Made by a program: the position numbers and the translations under genes. A stretch of DNA of 64,000 nt from an uncultured bacterium (GTDB taxonomy: Bacteria; Babelota; Babeliae; Babelales; Babelaceae): NCBI GenBank assembly GCA_963717435.1, contig OY970332.1, positions 576,001 through 640,000 of the forward strand, read 5' to 3'. Under the pieces are notes generated by a model. The model did no database searches, was not told the origin of the DNA, and saw only the letters and a program-made list of their open reading frames with translations. Below are positions 56,866 to 64,000 of the stretch, in pieces; position 1 is the stretch's first letter; each line of letters begins with the position of its first letter.

Positions 56866-59529
56866 ATGGAAAATAGCCCTAATTTGAACAAAGATATAAA
56901 TAAAGAGAAATATGACCATCAGGCAAGTGAAGCCCAAGCGCAGGCATTTTGGCAGGAAAATAACACATATTCATGCCAAAATAACCCAGGTAAGCTATAC
57001 CCCATAGATACCCCACCACCTACAGTTTCAGGTAGCCTGCATATTGGTCATATATTTTCTTATACCCAAACAGATATAATTGCCAGATACAAGCGCATGA
57101 TGGGCCACTCTGTTTTCTATCCCATGGGTTTTGATGATAATGGCTTGCCCACAGAGAGGTTTGTTGAAAAGAAAAATAATATTATTGCCCACAATCTAAC
57201 AAGAACTGATTTTATTAATCTATGCTTGCGTGAAACTATCGAAGTTGAAAAAACGTTCCAAAAGCTTTGGGAAAGATTGGGCCTATCTGTTGATTGGTCG
57301 TTAATGTATTCAACTATAGATGAAAGAACACGAATAATATCACAACTTTCTTGTATAGAATTATATAAAAAAGGGTATTTATACCGCAAAGAAGAGCCTG
57401 CAATATATTGCACAACATGCAGGACATCTGTTGCACAAGCTGAGCTCGATGACGCTCAGGTTCCGTCCACTTTTAATACAATTAGATTCAGAACAGAATC
57501 TGGTCAAGATTTGCTTATAGCAACAACAAGACCAGAGTTGTTGCCATCATGTGTAGCTTTATTTTATAACCCTAAAGATGAGCGATACAAAAAGCTTGAA
57601 GGGCAACGCGCAATTGTTCCTGTTTATGGTTTTTCAGTTCCAATTTTTGCTGACGAAGCTGTAAGTATCGAAAAGGGCACAGGGCTTGTAATGTGTTGTA
57701 CTTTTGGGGATAGAACAGATATAGAATGGTTCAAGAAATATAAATTGCCATATAAATTATCTATAGGCCTTGATGGTAAATGGGTAGAATCTACAGGCGT
57801 TCTTGCAGGATTGCGAGTTGCCGCGGCTCGAGAAAAAATTATTCAAGTCCTAAAAGAGTCTGGGGAGCTTGTTGAACAAAAGCAGATTATGCACTCTGTT
57901 AATGTTCATGAACGTTGCAAACGCGAAGTTGAATTTATAACTTTGCCGCAATGGTTCATTAAGATTTTGCCATACAAACAACAGCTTTTGGATGCGGGCG
58001 ATAAAATTAACTGGTACCCAAGTTTCATGAAATCACGATATAAAAACTGGGTTGAAAATTTAAATTGGGACTGGTGCATTTCTCGCCAAAGATTTTTTGG
58101 CATCCCATTTCCTGCATGGCACTGTTCTGATTGTGGCGAAATTATAATGGCCAATGCTAGTATGTTGCCATTGGACCCACAAGAGACAAAATATAATAAA
58201 AATTGCCCTAAGTGCTCAAGTTCAAATATAATTCCTGATACTGACGTGATGGACACCTGGAACACATCTTCACTTACGCCATATATTTGTTTGTCACTTT
58301 ATGGGGTAGATCCAAAATCTGTATTTGAACAAAAAATTAAAGATAATTTTATACCGATGTCTATGCGACCACAGGCACATGATATAATCAGAACCTGGGC
58401 GTTTTATACCATTACAAAAACTTGGATGCATAACGGCGAAATTCCATGGGAAAATATAGTTATCTCTGGGCACGTTTTAAGCGCTGAAAGTAAAAAGATC
58501 TCTAAATCGCAGGGTAATAATCCGTTAGAACCAGAAAACTTGCTTGCGGCTTATCCTGCTGATGCAATACGATATTGGACAGCGTCTGGTAGCCTGGGGC
58601 ATGATGTTGCTTTCTCAGACAATCAGTTAAAGATTGGCCAAAAATTAATTGTAAAACTTTGGAACGCATTTAAATTTGCCGGCCTGTACATAGAGCAAGA
58701 CGCCCGATCCCTCGATACAACCTCCCAAGCTGGCGCTTTGTCGGCCACTCGGGACGAGCGGGTGACAGAACCTGATCTAGATAAAATTTCTAATAATAGT
58801 AAAAATAAAATTGATACTACCCCGCTCGTCCCGAGTGTTCTTGGTAGCTCTGAAAGAGCGAACAAGAATGTATCGAGGGATGGAGTTTCTGACCCACTTA
58901 ATCAATGGATCCTGCACAAAGCTGCGCTATGCTTTGAGGGTTACAAAAAATATTTTGAGCAAAACGAGTTTGGGTTGGCACTAGATTACGTTGAAAAATT
59001 CTTCTGGGCTGATTTTTGTGATAACTACTTAGAGTTAATTAAAGACAGATTTGCAAATCAAGACAATTATAATTCTAAAATTGTTAACGACACGCGCCAG
59101 ACTCTTTATGATACGGGCTTAATTATTTTACAGTTATACTCGCCTTTTGTGCCACATATTACTGAGCATTTATACTCTAAAATGTACAAAAATAATTTTA
59201 AAGAAGAATCTATTCATCAAACTAGATTTGAAGCTGTTCAAATAACAGATAAATTCATTGATAGCGCGGCCCATATTGAGCTTGTAATTGCATTAGTAAA
59301 TCAAGTTAGAAAGCTTAAATCCGAAAATAAATTGTCTTTAAAAACTGATTTAGAAACTTTAAAAATTTACAGTGATAATATAGATGTTCTTAAGATACTA
59401 AAAAACAATCAGCAAGTTTTTTCAGGGATCACGCGTTCCAAAAGCATAGAATATATCTCTGGAAATCTTGAGGCCGATAGTTTGTTTTCAGAAAACAGTT
59501 TGTGGATCGCACATGTCTTTGTGGGTTAA
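56866..59529 (+). CDS. valS: Valine--tRNA ligase (type 2/archaeal-like) with ~58-aa repeat-derived insertion
   Basis: DTPPPTVSGSLHIGH, ATTRPE, WDWCISRQR, MRPQAHDIIRTW and KISKS. Confidence 0.96.
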   Translation: MENSPNLNKDINKEKYDHQASEAQAQAFWQENNTYSCQNNPGKLYPIDTPPPTVSGSLHIGHIFSYTQTDIIARYKRMMGHSVFYPMGFDDNGLPTERFVEKKNNIIAHNLTRTDFINLCLRETIEVEKTFQKLWERLGLSVDWSLMYSTIDERTRIISQLSCIELYKKGYLYRKEEPAIYCTTCRTSVAQAELDDAQVPSTFNTIRFRTESGQDLLIATTRPELLPSCVALFYNPKDERYKKLEGQRAIVPVYGFSVPIFADEAVSIEKGTGLVMCCTFGDRTDIEWFKKYKLPYKLSIGLDGKWVESTGVLAGLRVAAAREKIIQVLKESGELVEQKQIMHSVNVHERCKREVEFITLPQWFIKILPYKQQLLDAGDKINWYPSFMKSRYKNWVENLNWDWCISRQRFFGIPFPAWHCSDCGEIIMANASMLPLDPQETKYNKNCPKCSSSNIIPDTDVMDTWNTSSLTPYICLSLYGVDPKSVFEQKIKDNFIPMSMRPQAHDIIRTWAFYTITKTWMHNGEIPWENIVISGHVLSAESKKISKSQGNNPLEPENLLAAYPADAIRYWTASGSLGHDVAFSDNQLKIGQKLIVKLWNAFKFAGLYIEQDARSLDTTSQAGALSATRDERVTEPDLDKISNNSKNKIDTTPLVPSVLGSSERANKNVSRDGVSDPLNQWILHKAALCFEGYKKYFEQNEFGLALDYVEKFFWADFCDNYLELIKDRFANQDNYNSKIVNDTRQTLYDTGLIILQLYSPFVPHITEHLYSKMYKNNFKEESIHQTRFEAVQITDKFIDSAAHIELVIALVNQVRKLKSENKLSLKTDLETLKIYSDNIDVLKILKNNQQVFSGITRSKSIEYISGNLEADSLFSENSLWIAHVFVG
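58707..58881. repeat. Palindromic element family A, in-frame copy inside valS
   Basis: Outer IR ATCCCTCGATACA (58707-58719)/TGTATCGAGGGAT (58869-58881); inner IR CACTCGGGACGAGCGGG (58746-58762)/CCCGCTCGTCCCGAGTG (58821-58837). Confidence 0.93.
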
Positions 59530-59547
59530 AATAAAGTTTAAAAAATT

Positions 59548-60000
59548 ATGATTAAGTTAAAAAATACCCAGAGAAAAATCAAAATCGACAAAGTTTGGGT
59601 GAAAAAATATCTTGAAGAAGTTTTAAAGATATTAAAATATCCGGATTTTGATTTGGGAGTTTGGTTCACAACAGATAAGACAATCAGAATTTATAATCGT
59701 GATTATCGCCACAAAGATAAACCCACAGACGTGCTCTCTTTTCCATATCACACAGAACTTAAAGCTGGCGAGAAAATAAAAGTTAAATTTGAAGAAGACA
59801 AAAATATCGGGGATATAATAATATCCCCTGAATATTTACTTAAAGATGCACAAAAATTTGGCGTCAGTTTTGAAGATCGTCTTAGACTTATCTTGGTTCA
59901 CGGCGTTTGCCACTGCTTGGGCTACGACCATATAATTGAGAGCGATTTCAAACAAATGCGTGCAAAAGAATCTTATATCATGCGCAATATTAAAATTTAA
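59548..60000 (+). CDS. ybeY: rRNA maturation RNase YbeY
   Basis: NRDYRHKDKPTDVLSF and HGVCHCLGYDH. Confidence 0.95.
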   Translation: MIKLKNTQRKIKIDKVWVKKYLEEVLKILKYPDFDLGVWFTTDKTIRIYNRDYRHKDKPTDVLSFPYHTELKAGEKIKVKFEEDKNIGDIIISPEYLLKDAQKFGVSFEDRLRLILVHGVCHCLGYDHIIESDFKQMRAKESYIMRNIKI

Positions 60001-60037
60001 AAAAAAGCCCCTGAGAGATTATTCTCTTAGGGGCTTT
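59999..60037. terminator. Terminator between convergent genes
   Basis: AAAGCCCCTGAGAG...CTCTTAGGGGCTTT. Confidence 0.78.
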
Positions 60038-60053
60038 AGTATTTCTGATTTAA

Positions 60054-61547
60054 TTAAACTGATTCAATTGCAGCGCGTGAAAGATTATTTAAAGTAGCTA
60101 AGTAATCTTTAAGCCCATCAACCGCTTCAGGGTTGCATGGTGGTGTTTTTAATTTATCTTGCAAGTTTTTGATATACTGCTTGCATACAGCAATATTGCT
60201 ATAAACTTGGTTCAGGCTCTGGTCCGTTTGACGTTTTTGGTAGTCCAAGTTTTGCAAACTGTATCTTAAAGATGCAAGTTCTTGTTCTTTTGCGCTAAGC
60301 TGTTTAGCTGTTTCTGATTTAACTTTTTCAATTTCAGTTTTTAGCTTATTTTCATTCTTGGTAGATTCTTTTGTCAGTTCTTCTTTCAACCACTGACCAC
60401 TGATTATTTTTTCACGCTCGTAATTTATATTACGTTCTTGAACAATAAGAGCTTGTCTTTCGCGTTCTATTCTTGCACGTTCGTTAGCCAGGCTTTGCTC
60501 TCTGTTTTTTTCATTTAACAAACGCGTCTCAACTACCTGCTTTTCTCTTAAAATTCTCTCTTCACGTTCTTTAAGATCTGCGGCAAGAAGTTTTTGTTGG
60601 TTCTCAAATTCCGGCTTTCTAACCTGTTCTTGTTGATAAGAACTAATAGAGACAATACTCTCTAATAAGCTGCTAAGGCTTGAAAGTAATTCATTTGCTT
60701 GCTCGATAACTCTTTCTTGGAAAACATAAAGTTTAACGCCTTTAAGCTTTTCCAATACTCTTTTGATATTATCGATATTGCCTTTTAGTTTTGATGCATA
60801 AGAAAGATAAGGGAACTGGTTATGGGCCTCGACCTTTGAGCGAATCAATTTATCAAGCTCATTAACAAGTTTTTGTCCTGTAAATTGCTTTGCAACTGTC
60901 AATTCTGCTGAGTATTCGCCAAAGATATCCCTGTCCATAATTAAAGACAGTTCAATAAAGCTTAATTGAGATTTAACGCTTTGTGACATATCAGAAAATA
61001 AAGCTTCAAGAGAAACTAATTCTTTGATTAATTCTTTGCCCTTAACTGTATACGCTTCTTGTGAATTAACTCTGTTCCATTCAGAAATTCTGATTTCCAA
61101 ATTTTTCTTGTAAGCAGATATTTCAGAATGAGCCATGTTGATAAACTGGACTATGCTTCTTTTTCTCTTGGATATATCGATCCATCTTTCTATATATTCT
61201 TCTTGATATAAATTTGGCTTACTTTTTGCAAGTAAAATTTCATCTTCAAATTTTTGATTCACCGAATCAATATACTGGCCTATTTCGACAAGCAGTTTTT
61301 GATCATTTTCTTTTTGCTGAACCTCAGAACGCAAAAATTCGATTTCTTTAGATTTTTGTCTATTTTTATACCAAAGATAGAGTGTAGAGCAGGTTGTTAC
61401 TACTGTCGTAGCACCCAATATTATTGGAGCATACACAAGTGGCTTCATATCTATTTGCAGGCACTTCGTGTTACCCTGTCCACTTATAAGTAAAGCTAGC
61501 AAGCTTAACGCAAGAGCCTTTTTTGTTAATGTTTTTTTAAATATCAT
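60054..61547 (-). CDS. Membrane-anchored long coiled-coil protein
   Basis: Signal peptide, second hydrophobic segment, then E/K/Q/R-rich heptads. Confidence 0.65.
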   Translation of the reverse strand: MIFKKTLTKKALALSLLALLISGQGNTKCLQIDMKPLVYAPIILGATTVVTTCSTLYLWYKNRQKSKEIEFLRSEVQQKENDQKLLVEIGQYIDSVNQKFEDEILLAKSKPNLYQEEYIERWIDISKRKRSIVQFINMAHSEISAYKKNLEIRISEWNRVNSQEAYTVKGKELIKELVSLEALFSDMSQSVKSQLSFIELSLIMDRDIFGEYSAELTVAKQFTGQKLVNELDKLIRSKVEAHNQFPYLSYASKLKGNIDNIKRVLEKLKGVKLYVFQERVIEQANELLSSLSSLLESIVSISSYQQEQVRKPEFENQQKLLAADLKEREERILREKQVVETRLLNEKNREQSLANERARIERERQALIVQERNINYEREKIISGQWLKEELTKESTKNENKLKTEIEKVKSETAKQLSAKEQELASLRYSLQNLDYQKRQTDQSLNQVYSNIAVCKQYIKNLQDKLKTPPCNPEAVDGLKDYLATLNNLSRAAIESV

Positions 61548-61583
61548 AATTGTTCCATTTCCATTATGTTAAAGTTTAAAAAA

Positions 61584-62192
61584 TTAAACTATTTTAGCAG
61601 AATTTATTAACTCACGAATCTTGTTAATATTTTCAAAGTCTTCTTTGTAATTTGTGAAAAACCTCTTAATTCTTTTACCTGCGAAAACACCTGAATCTAA
61701 TAATTTAGAAACAAGATAGGTCTGACATATATGAAAACCAATTCTTGCACCAGATGATATTCTTGGTAAATCTATATAAGTTTTATCTGCGAAAATTATT
61801 TTTCTTATCGGTACAAATGTAGACTTATCAAAGTTATTTTGGATAGTTTGATATGTTGATTGAAAAGTATAATTAGACATATAACCGGCCCAGAATAATC
61901 CTGCAGCAAAAATTAAACGCATACTTCCGGATATGAGTTCGATACCTTTATATCCTGGATCACTAAGTTCCTTTTCAATATTATTTAAATCATAAAGCAA
62001 AGCTTCTTTGTTTTCCAAAGACAATTTGCCTTCTTTTTCCAAAGCAGCCTTAAAAGATTCAACATCTAAATTTTCAACTGCCTTAAAAAATATTGATATA
62101 GAACTTTTTTGAATATCGTTATCGCCATTTAATTGCGTGCTTGAGGCAAATACTGCAAGCAGTAATGCAATAAATTTAAAATTCAGTTTCAT
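61584..62192 (-). CDS. Secreted hypothetical protein (hairpin family)
   Basis: Signal peptide; KAVENLDVESFKAALE...LSLENKEAL resembles EAIKNVDLASFEAII...LSTEDKIEL of the 52200 gene. Confidence 0.65.
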   Translation of the reverse strand: MKLNFKFIALLLAVFASSTQLNGDNDIQKSSISIFFKAVENLDVESFKAALEKEGKLSLENKEALLYDLNNIEKELSDPGYKGIELISGSMRLIFAAGLFWAGYMSNYTFQSTYQTIQNNFDKSTFVPIRKIIFADKTYIDLPRISSGARIGFHICQTYLVSKLLDSGVFAGKRIKRFFTNYKEDFENINKIRELINSAKIV

Positions 62193-62294
62193 ATAACCCC
62201 CGAAATTGTAAAAGACAGGTAAAAAGCCCTGAATTGCTTATGTTTTTATTCATAAGAACTATATTAACACAGGCAGAATTTGATGTAAAAAGCC

Positions 62295-63417
62295 TGTCCT
62301 GGTTCAATACATATGAGACTGGATCTCCCTGTGTTTAAGTTTCTCAAAACACTCGTTTGGGGTCAAATACCCCACCCCCTGATGGGGCCTAATTTTGTTG
62401 TAAAATTCAACAAAATCTTGAAGTGAAGCTTGTAGATTTTCCAGGTTTGGTGGACCATCATACTGGCTATAAAACTCGTATTTAAAGGTTCCATTGCCAC
62501 GTTCAACGTTTCCATTATATTCGGGAGATTTAGGGGGAAGAACCCATAAAGGGATGTTAAGTTTTTGGCATAAAGCCTCGAAGTCCGCCATAAATTCACC
62601 TCCACCATCAACCTGGGCAGATTTAATTGGGAATGGAAATTCTTGTATTGCAAACTGAAGAAAGTCAGCCCCATTGCGACTATTGGCTTCTTTGTAAACT
62701 TTTTCCACAGCGATTTTAGTTGTAGGACATATAGCGCTAAATTGCTTTAAATAGCCTATTCCCGGAACATTAATTGTCATGTGATCAAACTGAACTAGCT
62801 CACCAGGAGAACCTGATTTCATGCCTAGCTTCCAACGTTTTGCATGGCCATTGAATATTCTATTTTTAGAGATTTTTTTGTTGCACAAGAAGTTAACTGG
62901 CTGGATTCTATTTTGTCTTACAAATTTCTGGATAATTCGACCAATAGTGCTTACTGACAACTTTTTTCCATACATGCGTTCATACATTACAGCTATTTTT
63001 GCTTTTCCCCATAGCTTGTATTTTTTACGCAATATGTAAATTCTCTGCTCCTGTTCTTTTGTCCAAGCAGACTTTCGAACATTATTTGGCCGCTTGCTTT
63101 GATTCTCTAAACCTTCAAGTCCATGCAATTTATATTGTTTTTTCCAACGAAATAGGGTTGATCGAGGAACATCTAACACATTAAATATTGTATCATTCAA
63201 AACGCCTTCTGCCCTGAGTAGATCGTATTTCTCAAGCTTTTCTTTGCGTTCCCAAACAACCTTAGAATATTCAGTTTCATCTATGTTGTTTATGTGATAA
63301 TATCTTTTACTAATGATACTAGTTTGTATCATAATGGATCTCCTTTAGAAAAATTGAACTGTTTCTTGGAGATCCATTTTAGTTTATTTTAGTCTCATAT
63401 GTATATGAACCTGAACA
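62295..63417 (-). mobile_element. IS481-like insertion sequence, copy 2 (1123 bp)
   Basis: Same ends and length as copy 1; 5-bp TSD AAGCC (62290-62294, 63418-63422). Confidence 0.92.
62304..63332 (-). CDS. DDE (rve) transposase, same protein sequence as 42258..43286
   Basis: Identical 342-aa translation in the ORF track. Confidence 0.92.
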   Translation of the reverse strand: MIQTSIISKRYYHINNIDETEYSKVVWERKEKLEKYDLLRAEGVLNDTIFNVLDVPRSTLFRWKKQYKLHGLEGLENQSKRPNNVRKSAWTKEQEQRIYILRKKYKLWGKAKIAVMYERMYGKKLSVSTIGRIIQKFVRQNRIQPVNFLCNKKISKNRIFNGHAKRWKLGMKSGSPGELVQFDHMTINVPGIGYLKQFSAICPTTKIAVEKVYKEANSRNGADFLQFAIQEFPFPIKSAQVDGGGEFMADFEALCQKLNIPLWVLPPKSPEYNGNVERGNGTFKYEFYSQYDGPPNLENLQASLQDFVEFYNKIRPHQGVGYLTPNECFEKLKHREIQSHMY

Positions 63418-63420
63418 AAG

Positions 63421-63486
63421 CCCCCTCCTGCGCCAAGGCTTCCCGCTTCGCCAAGGCTACGCAGGACACGTCGGAGGACAGGGCCC
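63421..63486. repeat. GC-rich nested REP-like element
   Basis: Two CGCCAAGGCT units nested in CCTCC/TCCTGCG...CGCAGGA/GGAGG stems. Confidence 0.6.
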
Positions 63487-63999
63487 TTAAAACCTACCCA
63501 TGTCGTTTTCTTTAAGCCTCAATAACCTGTGGTACTGAATAGCAAAGTGGTGGGCATAATCTCGCAGCCCGATAAGAAGTTTGCCAAGTGGGGTGTGAAT
63601 ATCCAGCCTGATGCCATTAGGGAAGTTTTTGGAGTATATCGTCTCTTCTCGTTTGGCAAGACTGACCAGGTTGGCCCCAGGTAAAACTTCCTGGACTGCG
63701 CTCAGTTGACCCTTGCCCCCATCAATTAAGACAATATCAGGGATATGTTGGGGGTCCTTGTAGCGTCTTTTGACTATTTCCTGCAGGGCAGCGTAGTCGT
63801 TTTGTTCTTGAAGAGTTTTTATCTTAAATCGCCTGAACATATTTTTGTCTGGAACCCCGTTTTTGAATCTGATACAGGACCCGACCATATAACTACTTTG
63901 AAAGTGGGAGATATCAAAGCAGTCTAGAGTTTCAGGAATACCGGGCAATTTTAAGAGTCTTTTTAGTTCCAATAAACCTGCTTGGGCATCTTGGTCACT
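63487..63999 (-). CDS. uvrC: Excinuclease ABC subunit C, C-terminal part (5'-truncated by window edge)
   Basis: CFDISHFQ, RRFKIK, NDYAALQE, PDIVLIDGGKGQL, LAKREE and RDYAHHFAI. Confidence 0.92.
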   Translation of the reverse strand, partial: SDQDAQAGLLELKRLLKLPGIPETLDCFDISHFQSSYMVGSCIRFKNGVPDKNMFRRFKIKTLQEQNDYAALQEIVKRRYKDPQHIPDIVLIDGGKGQLSAVQEVLPGANLVSLAKREETIYSKNFPNGIRLDIHTPLGKLLIGLRDYAHHFAIQYHRLLRLKENDMGRF

Positions 64000-64000
64000 A

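Noticed and set aside
58707-58881. valS insertion as an intein or self-splicing intron
   Set aside because: Too short, no Cys/Ser...His-Asn intein termini and no group I/II features; explained by the palindromic repeat.
42249-63417. Composite transposon formed by the two IS copies
   Set aside because: Each copy has its own matching TSD, and the interval carries core genes (tyrS, valS, ybeY, alr).

Overview
AT-rich bacterial chromosome segment. The gene repertoire suggests a host-associated, reduced-genome intracellular bacterium, most plausibly Candidatus Babeliota (Dependentiae/TM6); this is an inference, not a database result. The repertoire includes many small Sec-signal-peptide hypotheticals with F-box-, RING-, WD40- and NADAR-like domains, a Lys/Ala-rich histone-like protein, an archaeal-type ValS and a DUF2608-like protein. 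Housekeeping genes: ABC-F (partial), tpiA, secG, mlaEF, MoxR ATPase, eno, M16 peptidase, murJ, acpS, comM/yifB, alr, deoxynucleoside kinase, tyrS, valS, ybeY, uvrC (partial) and an initiator tRNA-Met. Main highlights: (1) a type II secretion-like operon gspC-gspD-gspL-gspM-gspD with two paralogous secretins; (2) a ~175-bp palindromic repeat element found both intergenically (with a nested extra arm) and in frame inside valS; (3) further short structured GC-rich repeats; (4) two apparently identical 1123-bp IS481-like elements with 5-bp target duplications; (5) an expanded family of secreted hydrophobic-hairpin proteins, some arranged as promoter-gene-terminator cassettes with a variable core; (6) reuse of leader/signal-peptide DNA modules in front of different cargo; (7) a WD40 gene with exact 141-bp repeats; (8) an AAA_14/DUF4143-like gene bracketed by 17-bp direct repeats. 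No CRISPR array or rRNA was seen.
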